Position numbers and translations under genes: made by a program. Positions 1 to 8,633 of a DNA stretch of 64,000 nucleotides are shown here, piece by piece (position 1 is the stretch's first letter; each line of letters starts with the position of its first letter). Below the pieces are notes generated by a model. That model saw only the letters and a program-made list of their open reading frames with translations, did no database searches and was not told where the DNA came from. This DNA is from Pseudomonadota bacterium (GTDB lineage Bacteria; Pseudomonadota; Gammaproteobacteria; UBA9214). The stretch covers positions 65,257 through 129,256 of the forward strand of contig JBDLJX010000001.1 in assembly GCA_039714155.1 (NCBI GenBank), written 5' to 3'.

Positions 1-138
1 GGCAATGACCTGATCACGGCACTGGTGAAGATGTACAAGGAAAATGCCAGCACCCTGACACCCGATCCGCTGTATTCTGCCTTCCATGATTCACACCCGC
101 CAGCGCCGGTGCGAATCGCCCATATATCCGGTAACATA
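1..138 (+). CDS. Partial CDS (C-terminus only): M48/Ste24-like zinc metallopeptidase
   Basis: Frame 1 reads ...LVKMYKENASTLTPDPLYSAFHDSHPPAPVRIAHISGNI*. This matches the conserved Ste24/M48 C-terminal pattern (..NLSxLTPDPLYSAxHYSHPP..ERI..). The start lies outside the window. Confidence 0.45.
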
Positions 139-161
139 TAATCATGCTTACGGAGCCAGCT

Positions 162-440
162 ATGAATCGACTGTTACAAGCAACCGGACTCGCCCTGCTG
201 CTGTGCCTGCCGACGGTACAGGCAGCCGATATCAGCAAGGGCAAAAAACTCGTCAATGACAACTGCATGAGCTGCCATGATGACAGTGTGTATACACGCA
301 AGGACCGGCGCGTTACCAGCATGAAAGGTCTGCAGAAACAGGTAAAACGCTGCAAGCTGAACCTTGGACTGAAATGGTTCGATGATGATGTTAACGATGT
401 TGTGAGCTACCTGAACAACAAGTACTACAAGTTTAAATAA
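162..440 (+). CDS. Small secreted c-type cytochrome (one CxxCH heme motif)
   Basis: The N-terminus MNRLLQATGLALLLCLPTVQA is signal-peptide-like, and a CMSCH heme-binding motif is present. A GGAG lies 6 nt before the ATG at 162. The ORF track extends to 144. A TATAAT-like box is at about 134-142. Confidence 0.6.
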   Translation: MNRLLQATGLALLLCLPTVQAADISKGKKLVNDNCMSCHDDSVYTRKDRRVTSMKGLQKQVKRCKLNLGLKWFDDDVNDVVSYLNNKYYKFK

Positions 441-445
441 CATTC

Positions 446-796
446 ATGGCCAACAGCGACCTGCTCAACAAACACTGCCAACCCTGCGAGGCCGGCGACA
501 CACCATTAGCCGATGATCGGGTATCTGAACTATTAACCAACCTGCACAGTGACTGGCATATCGATGAGGCCGGCAAGGAAATCAGCCGCACCTTCAAGTT
601 CAAGAACTACTACCAGACCATGGCCTTCGTCAATGCGCTGGCCTGGATCGCACACGGTGAAGACCACCACCCGGATATCGAGGTCGGCTATAACCGCTGC
701 CACGTGCGCTACAGTACCCATGCCATCGGCGGTCTGTCCGGCAACGACTTCATCTGCGCAGCCAAAATCGATGCCCTGCTGCCCGAGCCGACGTAA
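446..796 (+). CDS. phhB: Pterin-4-alpha-carbinolamine dehydratase (PCD/PhhB family)
   Basis: 116 aa with the diagnostic (E)DHHPD..V motif of PCD/DCoH. It starts 5 nt after the cytochrome c stop, consistent with translational coupling. Confidence 0.8.
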   Translation: MANSDLLNKHCQPCEAGDTPLADDRVSELLTNLHSDWHIDEAGKEISRTFKFKNYYQTMAFVNALAWIAHGEDHHPDIEVGYNRCHVRYSTHAIGGLSGNDFICAAKIDALLPEPT

Positions 797-818
797 ACAC
801 CGGACATAATCCGTCTGC

Positions 819-1751
819 ATGCCCGCTCCCAGCAACAACGACAACCGAACCACTATACAAGACACATCCACCGGCCTGGTCATTGTTAATTACGGCAAGT
901 CCCTGCTGGTCGAGAACAGTGATGGCAGGCTGCATCGCTGCGTGGCACGCCGTAACCTCGACACCATTGTCAGTGGTGACTGCGTCAACTGGGAAGCCAC
1001 TGGCGATGGCGAGGGTGTCATCACCTCGATTGAACCCCGTCACAGCATACTGACACGTACCGATATTGCCGACCGGTCACGGCCGCTGGCCGCCAACATC
1101 GACCAGATCATTATTGTTGCCGCCCCCGAACCGGCACTCGATGAGTTCCTGATCGACAAATACACCATCGCCGCCGAACTGACCGGCATGATACCCTGCA
1201 TCGTTATCAACAAGGCAGACCTGCTTGATACGGACATGCGCGGTGAACTTGAAACCCGTCTTGATGACTATGCCGCCATCGGCTACCGGGTAATTTTTAC
1301 CAGCGCGTTGCAAGGCGATGGCCTGGAGAGCCTCTCGGACCAGCTGCAAGACAAGACCAGCATCCTGGTCGGCCAGTCCGGGACCGGCAAATCATCACTG
1401 ATCAAGCGCCTGCTGCCGGATCTGGATATCGCCATCGGCAAACTGTCGGATGCCTCCGGCCAGGGCCGACACACCACCACGACCACCACGCTGTACCACC
1501 TGCCGCACGGTGGCGATCTGATCGATTCGCCGGGCGTGCGCGACTTCCGTCTCGGCCGGGTGGAAGCCGGCGCGCTGGCAAGCGGTTTCCGGGAATTCCA
1601 TTCCTTGCATGGCCAGTGCAAATTCCACAACTGCCGCCACCTGTCGGAACCCGAATGTGCCATTATCGAGGCTGCCGGGAACGGCAAGATCAGTGCACGA
1701 CGCCTGGAGAGCTACCATCGACTGTTGGCAACAACAGGCAGCTCGCCTTGA
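819..1751 (+). CDS. rsgA: Ribosome small-subunit-dependent GTPase A
   Basis: 310 aa with a circularly permuted GTPase (NKxDL..., GQSGTGKSSL) and a C-terminal zinc finger C-x-H-x-C. The overall alignment resembles E. coli YjeQ. Confidence 0.9.
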   Translation: MPAPSNNDNRTTIQDTSTGLVIVNYGKSLLVENSDGRLHRCVARRNLDTIVSGDCVNWEATGDGEGVITSIEPRHSILTRTDIADRSRPLAANIDQIIIVAAPEPALDEFLIDKYTIAAELTGMIPCIVINKADLLDTDMRGELETRLDDYAAIGYRVIFTSALQGDGLESLSDQLQDKTSILVGQSGTGKSSLIKRLLPDLDIAIGKLSDASGQGRHTTTTTTLYHLPHGGDLIDSPGVRDFRLGRVEAGALASGFREFHSLHGQCKFHNCRHLSEPECAIIEAAGNGKISARRLESYHRLLATTGSSP

Positions 1752-1834
1752 CAGAAATCAATGGATAATCCGGCCTTCCGGGTTATGCTATATATCAACA
1801 GGACAACGTAACCGGCAGATCAAGGAGACAGAAT

Positions 1835-2878
1835 TTGCAAAGGCACAGCAACATTTTCGGCATACTGCTTGTAATAACGCTTATCGCCGGTATACCTGCT
1901 TTGGCATGGTCGGGTCCTGCCTCATTACCGGAGACCATCATGTCGGGACCGGGTGTTACCGAGTGGGATATCAGCAATGCCGGTGGCACCTCCAGCGGGG
2001 ACGCCTTCATCGGCAGCTGTGATGGTTCGGTCGGACTGGCCATCGACGATGCCACCAGTGCCAATGGTTCCGGTGACGCCTACGACACGGCCTGGCAGGT
2101 GTTCATCGACAGCCAGATCTTCGAGGCGCCCGATCCGGTCGGTATTACCGGTAACGTCATGACCGCCGGGCCGGCAATGGTCGGTGTGGCCAACCTGCCG
2201 GTAACGGTTGAATACCTGTTCTCCGATACCGTGCAGGCAGCACGTATCCGCGTGCTGTTCGAGAACACCTCGGGCAACGACATCAACATCACGGTCGAGG
2301 TGCCGGTAAATTTCGGCTCCGATGCTGCAACGACACTGGAAGCCACCTCATCAGGCGACCTTGTCTTTGGTATCGATGACCGCTGGATCGTAACCTCCGA
2401 CGGCGCACCAGCGGGTGACGCGGTCAACACAACGGTGATCTTCGGGCCGGACAACCCTGTCGAGCTACCGACCGCAGTCACCAACACCGTGTGTGACAGC
2501 TCCGGTACCGAGGGTGCCGGCATGACCTTCGAGATCAAGATACCGGCGAACTCGATTCGTGCGCTGATGTTTTTTGCCGGCCTTGGCAGTATCGAAGGCA
2601 TTACCAACACGATTATTGGCGCCATTAACAGTGCCGCCATGTTTGATGACACGGACAACATCGACCCCAGCCTGATCGGTGACCTGGACCCCACCGAACT
2701 CGACCAGATCCTGAACTGGCGATTTATCCGGGAAGGGAAAGTCAAGGTTTCCAGCGGTGGCGGCGGCGGTGGCTGCAGCCTGCAGGCTGCAGCCGGACCC
2801 GATCCGTTGCTGCCAGCGCTACTGGCCGTGTTGTCACTGCTGTTTATTTACCGGTACAGCGGCAGACGACAGCGCTGA
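1835..2878 (+). CDS. Secreted hypothetical protein with a GlyGly-CTERM-like C-terminal sorting signal
   Basis: TTG start with an AAGGAG 7 nt upstream. N-terminal signal peptide (ILLVITLIAGIPALAWSG). Asp/Thr/Gly-rich body. The C-terminus is SSGGGGGGCSLQAAAGPDPLLPALLAVLSLLFIYRYSGRRQR* (Gly run, TM helix, basic cluster). Confidence 0.55.
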   Translation: MQRHSNIFGILLVITLIAGIPALAWSGPASLPETIMSGPGVTEWDISNAGGTSSGDAFIGSCDGSVGLAIDDATSANGSGDAYDTAWQVFIDSQIFEAPDPVGITGNVMTAGPAMVGVANLPVTVEYLFSDTVQAARIRVLFENTSGNDINITVEVPVNFGSDAATTLEATSSGDLVFGIDDRWIVTSDGAPAGDAVNTTVIFGPDNPVELPTAVTNTVCDSSGTEGAGMTFEIKIPANSIRALMFFAGLGSIEGITNTIIGAINSAAMFDDTDNIDPSLIGDLDPTELDQILNWRFIREGKVKVSSGGGGGGCSLQAAAGPDPLLPALLAVLSLLFIYRYSGRRQR

Positions 2879-2904
2879 GGTACACACACAGAATTGCACC
2901 CTGA

Positions 2905-2976
2905 GTAGGAGCGAATTCATTCGCGATGTGTTTGTTGTATTTCACTTGCTGATCGCGACTGAAGTCGCTCCTACGG
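2905..2976. repeat. REP family D inverted pair (copy 1)
   Basis: GTAGGAGCGAATTCATTCGCGAT (2905-2927) and ATCGCGACTGAAGTCGCTCCTAC (2952-2974) are near-perfect inverted partners. They sit between the convergent 3' ends of the GlyGly-CTERM-like gene and the HIT gene. Confidence 0.65.
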
Positions 2977-3029
2977 TGTCTGTTTGTAATGATGAGGGAC
3001 AGCAGTGAATCTGCATGGAAAGGGCCTGA

Positions 3030-3383
3030 TCAGCCCGGCGGCCAGCCCATTGCCCGTCCACCCAGCAGGTGCAGGTGGAGGTGATACACGGACTGGCCCG
3101 CTTCCGGGTTACAGTTCATCACCATGCGGTAGCCCCGCTCGGCGATACCTTCGTCTGCTGCAATCTGTTTCGCTGCCAGGTACATTTTCCCCACGACCAT
3201 CGCGCTGGACTCGTCCAGGTCATTAGTGGTGGCAATGTGGGCCTTCGGGACCAGCAGCACATGGGTCGGTGCATGTGGATTGGCATCGCGGAATGCCAAT
3301 ACATCATCGTCCTCGTAGACCACGTCCGGCTTGATCTCACCGCTCACCATCTTGCAGAAAATACAGTCACTCATGGATTCCAC
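3030..3383 (-). CDS. HIT-family (histidine triad) nucleotide hydrolase
   Basis: 117 aa with a HLHLHLLGG histidine-triad motif and a CIFC N-terminal motif typical of HinT-like proteins. Confidence 0.85.
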   Translation of the reverse strand: MESMSDCIFCKMVSGEIKPDVVYEDDDVLAFRDANPHAPTHVLLVPKAHIATTNDLDESSAMVVGKMYLAAKQIAADEGIAERGYRMVMNCNPEAGQSVYHLHLHLLGGRAMGWPPG

Positions 3384-3409
3384 CCTTGTTGGAAATCTGG
3401 ATTAGATAA

Positions 3410-4006
3410 CTACAAGTCCTGCCGTCCGGCAAAGGCATGTGACAGGGTATTGCCATCAATATATTCCAGTTCACCGCCCATCGGCACACCGTGGGCAATG
3501 CGGGTCACGCGCACACCCTGCACATGCGCCAGTTCACCGATGTAGTGCGCCGTGGCCTCACCCTCGACTGTCGGGTTGGTTGCCAGGATCAGCTCACTGA
3601 TCTCGCCGGCTTGCAGCCGTGCAGCCAGCTTGTCCAGACCCAGTGCCTCCGGGCCAATGCCGTCCAGTGGTGACAGGTGGCCCATCAATACGAAATACAG
3701 TCCCCGGTAGCCGATTGACTGCTCCAGTGCCAGTACGTCTGCCGGTGTTTCCACGACGCACAGCAAACTGCGATCGCGGCGGTCGCTGGCACACAGGTTG
3801 CACACCTCATCCTCGCACAGGGTCCGGCAATCGCGGCAATGCCCGACCTGCTCGACTGCCTGTTGCAATACCTCGGCCAACCGGCTACCGCCATCGCGAT
3901 CATGCTCGAGAATATGGTAGGCCATGCGCTGGGCGGATTTCGGCCCGACACCCGGCAGGCATCGAAAAGATTCAATCAGCTGCCCGATCAGGCGGGAGGA
4001 ACTCAT
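3410..4006 (-). CDS. recR: Recombination protein RecR
   Basis: 198 aa with helix-hairpin-helix [12 protein letters not shown], a C4 zinc finger (CxxC...CxxC) and a Toprim region. Confidence 0.9.
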   Translation of the reverse strand: MSSSRLIGQLIESFRCLPGVGPKSAQRMAYHILEHDRDGGSRLAEVLQQAVEQVGHCRDCRTLCEDEVCNLCASDRRDRSLLCVVETPADVLALEQSIGYRGLYFVLMGHLSPLDGIGPEALGLDKLAARLQAGEISELILATNPTVEGEATAHYIGELAHVQGVRVTRIAHGVPMGGELEYIDGNTLSHAFAGRQDL

Positions 4007-4014
4007 CAGTCAGG

Positions 4015-4338
4015 TCAGAACGGCAGTTTCATACCCGGCGGCAGGTTCAAACCACCGGCAAGACCGGACATGCTTTCCTGCGTTGCAGCTTCAACCTTGT
4101 GGACGGCATCGTTGATCGCGGCCGCCACCAGGTCTTCCAGCATATCCTTGTCATCACCCAGCAGGCTGTCGTCAATGTTTATCCGCCGCACCTCGTGCTT
4201 GCCGGTCATGACCACACTCACCATGCCACCACCGGATTCACCCGTCACTTCCATTTTGGCAAGCTCATCCTGGGCCTTCTGCATGCTGGCCTGCATTTCC
4301 TGGGCCTGCTTCATCAAGTTACCTAAACCACCTTTCAT
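4015..4338 (-). CDS. ybaB: Nucleoid-associated protein YbaB/EbfC
   Basis: 107 aa starting [16 protein letters not shown]..., typical of the family. It lies between dnaX and recR as in most bacteria. Confidence 0.9.
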   Translation of the reverse strand: MKGGLGNLMKQAQEMQASMQKAQDELAKMEVTGESGGGMVSVVMTGKHEVRRINIDDSLLGDDKDMLEDLVAAAINDAVHKVEAATQESMSGLAGGLNLPPGMKLPF

Positions 4339-4367
4339 ACCAAGTTCCTCGCTGGCTCTGTCTGTTT

Positions 4368-5963
4368 TCAGTCGCGCGGGCGGATCGAATCATAGTTGAT
4401 CGTCGCACCGAAATTGTCCTGGAACGCGCGGATATTCTCGTCCTGTTCGATAGATGCAACGGCCTGCGCCTGCCGTTCCGTCTGCTCGCGCACCTGTTTG
4501 AGCGCGGGTGTTTCAGTTGCAAGCTGCTCGGTCTCGCCCACCGTCAGCTTGATGTTGCGGCTGTAGTAGCCACTCAACGCCGCCTCAACCTGTTTGACGC
4601 GGTCCGGGTTTTTCAGGTGGCTGTGTGCCGGGTCCAGCGACAGCCGCACACTGGTCTCCGTGATATCCTGCAGCACACAATTATTGGCCAGCTCGCGCGC
4701 CACGGCCTTCAGGTTCAACTGACTGACAATGTCAGACCAGCCTGCCTTGTCATTCGAATCCGCTGCCGTCGCCGTGACTGGCGGTTGCTCATCCGCTGCC
4801 GCCCTGGCCTGTGTTTTCTGTTTGACGACGGCCGGCTGCGCGCTCATACCGGTCTGGCGAGGCTGGCGACTGGCAGCGGCGTCTGGCTGGAACGCCAGCA
4901 TCCGCAGCATCACCATCTCGAAACCACCGCGTGGTTCCGGTGACAACGACAGATCACGCCGCCCGATCAGACCAATCTGGTAGTACAACTGCACATCCTC
5001 GGGCGTCATGGCACCGGTCAATGCAACGACAGCATCGCGGTCATCGAAACTGTCATCGATGGCATCAGGCAGCGCCTGCGCCACGGCAATGCGCTGCAGC
5101 ACCGACAACAGATCGGCCAGTAACGCCGCATAGTCCGGTGCAAATGCGTCCGCCTTGCCAATCTCCTCGAGCAGGTCCGCGGCATTATTGTCGGCCAGCG
5201 CCTGTAACAGCCGGTAGACCGCATCACGTTCGATGGTGCCGAGCATGCTGCGCACTTCGGCCTCACGCAGCTCGCCATTGCCATAGGCAATCGCCTGGTC
5301 CAGCAGACTCAAGGCATCACGCATACTGCCATCGGCTGAAAACGCGAGCTGGCGAATGGCACCATCTTCCGCGCCGACGGACTCCCTGCCGAGAATATCC
5401 TGCAACTGCCCGCTGATCTGGGATGCCGTCAGGCTTTTCAGGTTGAACTGCAGACAACGTGACAGGATGGTCACCGGCAGTTTTTGCGGGTCAGTAGTCG
5501 CCAACAGGAATTTTACATGCGGTGGCGGCTCTTCCAGGGTCTTCAACAAGGCATTGAAGCTGTGCGTGGACAACATGTGCACCTCGTCCACCAGGTACAC
5601 CTTGTAGCGGCCGCGGGTCGGAGCATACTGGACATTCTCCAGCAACTCGCGGGTATCCTCGACCCTGGTGCGCGAAGCCGCATCCACCTCGACCAGGTCA
5701 ATGAAGCGGCCTTCATCGATCTCGGTGCAGGCACTGCACTGCCCGCAGGGTGTCGAACTGACACCGTCTTCACAATTCAGGGATTTGGCAAAGATGCGGG
5801 CAATGGTGGTCTTGCCCACACCGCGGGTACCGGTGAACAGATAGGCATGGTGCAGGCGGTCATTATCAAGCGCATTAACCAGCGCCTGCCGGACGTGCTC
5901 CTGGCCGACCAGTTCGCTGAAATTACGTGGGCGCCATTTGCGCGCCAGAACCTGGTAGCTCAT
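4368..5963 (-). CDS. dnaX: DNA polymerase III subunits gamma/tau
   Basis: 531 aa with a Walker [10 protein letters not shown], a clamp-loader AAA+ region and a zinc module CGQCSAC. Confidence 0.9.
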   Translation of the reverse strand: MSYQVLARKWRPRNFSELVGQEHVRQALVNALDNDRLHHAYLFTGTRGVGKTTIARIFAKSLNCEDGVSSTPCGQCSACTEIDEGRFIDLVEVDAASRTRVEDTRELLENVQYAPTRGRYKVYLVDEVHMLSTHSFNALLKTLEEPPPHVKFLLATTDPQKLPVTILSRCLQFNLKSLTASQISGQLQDILGRESVGAEDGAIRQLAFSADGSMRDALSLLDQAIAYGNGELREAEVRSMLGTIERDAVYRLLQALADNNAADLLEEIGKADAFAPDYAALLADLLSVLQRIAVAQALPDAIDDSFDDRDAVVALTGAMTPEDVQLYYQIGLIGRRDLSLSPEPRGGFEMVMLRMLAFQPDAAASRQPRQTGMSAQPAVVKQKTQARAAADEQPPVTATAADSNDKAGWSDIVSQLNLKAVARELANNCVLQDITETSVRLSLDPAHSHLKNPDRVKQVEAALSGYYSRNIKLTVGETEQLATETPALKQVREQTERQAQAVASIEQDENIRAFQDNFGATINYDSIRPRD

Positions 5964-6065
5964 TATCTGATTACGTTTTTGTAAGGTGCGCCATTCGGAT
6001 TATCACTGTTGTTTGCTGGTGCGTACGGCGCACCCGGTACCGCAACATTCACCGGCAAAATAATG

Positions 6066-6180
6066 GAGGCGACCTGTACCAGCCACACCCCGGCGCCCGA
6101 GTCCACTGCTGCCGCTGCTCCCTTCCGGGCCTGACGGGGTTCACAGCTTATCGTCGCGAGGGGACCGGCACAAGCCACCA
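6066..6180 (-). ncRNA. ffs: Signal recognition particle RNA (small 4.5S-type SRP RNA)
   Basis: The minus strand reads ...GTGAACCCCGTCAGGCCCGGAAGGGAGCAGC...GCCGGGGTGTGGCTGGTACAGG. This matches the conserved domain IV of E. coli 4.5S RNA (GGUCAGGUCCGGAAGGAAGCAGC ... GCCGGGAUGUAGCUGGCAGG). The 5' and 3' ends can pair. A TATAAT box sits about 25 nt upstream (forward 6205-6210) and the dnaX start is immediately downstream. The ends are approximate. Confidence 0.7.
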
Positions 6181-6271
6181 TAAACTCAACTGGACAAGCT
6201 GGGTATTATAGAGCCTGGGGGCCTGCGATATTCCACGAAAAGGCAATGAAAATGCCATGACAGCAGGAATA

Positions 6272-7675
6272 TCAAGTTTTGGGGGCATCCTGCAGCAATT
6301 CATTGACCTGCACCAGGTCCGTGTCCTCCAGAATGCCGGCCGCCTGTTTCAGCTTCAGCGTATTCAACAGGTAGTCGTAGCGGGAACGGGCATGGTCACG
6401 CCGCACACGCAGCAACTCACGCTGCGAATCCAGCACATCGACAATGGTGCGCGTGCCGACCTCGAAACCGGCCTCGGAAGCCTCCAGCGCCTTCTCGCTC
6501 GAGACCCGTGCCTGCCTCAACGCCTTGACCTTGCTGAGTTCGGCCTGCACACCGCGGAAACTGTCGCGTGACTGGCGCTCTACTTCGCGGCGTATCCGCA
6601 CCTTCTCATCCTGTATCTGTTCATAGCGGAAACGCGACTCCCGGGTCTGTGACGATACCAGCCCGCCCTGGTAGACCGGCAGCACCACTTCCAGACCAAT
6701 GGCGCTGTCATTGCGCTTCAAGGGCACCAGCCCTCCGAAGTTGTTGTTGCGATGGGTGTAATCGGCTGTCAGGTCAACCGTCGGGTAATGGCCGGACCGC
6801 TTGATCTCGATCTCCTGACGCGCCGCCTCGGTAGCCGCCCGTGCCGCCAGGATCAGCGGGTTCTGTTCCAGCGCAGTGTCGACCCATTCCTGCTTGACTG
6901 CCGGCTCAGGCCCGACAAGTGGAATTTCCGGGCGCAGGATTTCCATTGTCCCCGGCGATTCACCCGTCAGTTCACGCAGTGCCTCGCGGGCGTCATCCAG
7001 CAGTTTCCCGGCATTGATCTCGTCACTGACGGCCGTGTCATAGCGCGCCTGGGCCTCATACACATCGGTGATTGCGGCCAGTCCAACCTCAAATCGTTGT
7101 TGCGCCTGCTCCAGCGTGCGCGCAATCGCCGCTTTGTCCGCCTTGACGAATTCAAGATTATCCATTGAACCGAGCACGACGAAATAACGGGTCACCACCC
7201 GGATAACCAGTTCCTGGTAGGCGGACTCCAGTTCGGCATCTGCCTGTGCCACCCGGCTGTCGGCCTGCTCCAGTGCAATAAAACGGTCACGATGATAGAC
7301 CGACTGCCGCAGGCTCGCGGAATAAACCTTGTTGGTGTAGTAGGTGTTTTCCTTTTCGCCGGGAGCCGGCTTGCGATCATGAAAACGGTTGCGGGAAACA
7401 TCGGCCCGCAGATTGATATCAGGCAACAATACGGCGAGGCTTTGCGGCACCACTTCAAGCGCGGCATCATGAGTTGCCATCGCTGCCTGGTACTGCGGGT
7501 CGGAATCCAGTGCCAGACCAAATATCGAGACCAGGTCATCGGCCCGGGCAGACACCGAAATCAGCAGTACACCCGTCAACAGCACGGACAATAACTGCCG
7601 CAGACAGATATCCGTTGTGGCTGACAGCAGAGCTGGACGTGAAACACGGCCTGTGTGGGAAGAGCGAACAATCAT
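6272..7675 (-). CDS. TolC-family outer membrane efflux/secretion channel protein
   Basis: 467 aa with a signal peptide. It has the TolC-like two-repeat architecture, including ..QRFEVGLAAITDVYEAQARYDTA.. (compare E. coli TolC QRFNVGLVAITDVQNARAQYD). It lies 242 nt downstream of the rhombosortase gene on the same strand. Confidence 0.8.
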   Translation of the reverse strand: MIVRSSHTGRVSRPALLSATTDICLRQLLSVLLTGVLLISVSARADDLVSIFGLALDSDPQYQAAMATHDAALEVVPQSLAVLLPDINLRADVSRNRFHDRKPAPGEKENTYYTNKVYSASLRQSVYHRDRFIALEQADSRVAQADAELESAYQELVIRVVTRYFVVLGSMDNLEFVKADKAAIARTLEQAQQRFEVGLAAITDVYEAQARYDTAVSDEINAGKLLDDAREALRELTGESPGTMEILRPEIPLVGPEPAVKQEWVDTALEQNPLILAARAATEAARQEIEIKRSGHYPTVDLTADYTHRNNNFGGLVPLKRNDSAIGLEVVLPVYQGGLVSSQTRESRFRYEQIQDEKVRIRREVERQSRDSFRGVQAELSKVKALRQARVSSEKALEASEAGFEVGTRTIVDVLDSQRELLRVRRDHARSRYDYLLNTLKLKQAAGILEDTDLVQVNELLQDAPKT

Positions 7676-7917
7676 GCCCTGCGTTCCGATAGTGATGTGA
7701 GTTTACTGGTAACAATGCCCGCATCGGGCAGCTGTAATTTGACGCTGAAGAATAATGTGACGCATGCTCAAAGTACAGCTGATACAGCAATTCAGCATGT
7801 AAATTCCGAGATCTCCTAGCGACACCGGGCACCATTCAAGAGTGATGTGGTATCATAGCCCGGCAACAGCCCCGGAAGAACAGTTCATCATTCACGACCG
7901 GCACTCATCTGATTCAG

Positions 7918-8592
7918 TCAGGGAAGCCCCCGAGTCTTTATTTCGACCGTCCCACCGGTCAGGTTGTTCCACCTCTCGCACAGTGGTAGTCGCCTGTTCC
8001 TGCCACTGAAACCCTTCTGACTGTTATCTTGCCGGTTGCATAAGCTGTTTCCGGAGATCCAGATCCCCCACCCCAATACCAGACCACACAGAAATCCCGC
8101 GGCATGTACCGTCGGCACGCTTGGCCAGGCAGTCTGGGTCAGGAGTGCCTGACCGGCATTGATCTCAACAATAATCTTCACGGCCGCACCCACACCGGTG
8201 AGCAGAATCAGTGGATGCCGAAGATCGCGCCACAGCTGCATCAGGCCCACGATCAGCAGGCTGTTCAGGATGCCCGACAACCCACAGTAGTAACGCAGTG
8301 CGGGATCACCCCACCACAGCCAGGCATCGACGCCGACGCTGCCGATCAACAGGGCCAATGGCAGGCGCCACTGCAGCCGTGCCTCGAACAATGCCCCGAG
8401 CAACAGTAGTGCGGTAATGTCCCAGATTGCATGCGCCAGATCGCTGTGCACCCAATGCCCGGTGATCAGCCGCCATAGCTCGCCCCGGGAAATTGCAGCG
8501 CGGTCGAACACCCAGGCCTCAGGTGCTGCACCAAGGCACAGGAAAGCAGACAGCGCCACCGTGCCAAGTAAAAGAGTACGCCATGGCAGCAT
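7918..8592 (-). CDS. Rhomboid-family intramembrane serine protease with rhombosortase features
   Basis: Contains WRLITGHWVH (TM2), a GLSG catalytic-serine motif and a HAAGF catalytic-histidine motif across about six predicted TMs. The start was chosen at the internal ATG at 8592, which has a GGAG 11 nt upstream. The ORF track extends to 8706 and would overlap the upstream gene by 73 nt. It is adjacent to a GlyGly-CTERM protein gene. Confidence 0.75.
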   Translation of the reverse strand: MLPWRTLLLGTVALSAFLCLGAAPEAWVFDRAAISRGELWRLITGHWVHSDLAHAIWDITALLLLGALFEARLQWRLPLALLIGSVGVDAWLWWGDPALRYYCGLSGILNSLLIVGLMQLWRDLRHPLILLTGVGAAVKIIVEINAGQALLTQTAWPSVPTVHAAGFLCGLVLGWGIWISGNSLCNRQDNSQKGFSGRNRRLPLCERWNNLTGGTVEIKTRGLP

Positions 8593-8633
8593 GATGCCGC
8601 CATGGTGTTCTCCAGGTTTAGAAGATGCGTCCA

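Noticed and set aside
4368-5963. Programmed -1 frameshift site in dnaX (the gamma versus tau subunits)
   Set aside because: No A-AAA-AAG-type slippery heptamer was found in the expected region (around ..AVVKQKTQ.., GTC GTC AAA CAG AAA ACA). The frameshift is not supported from this sequence alone.
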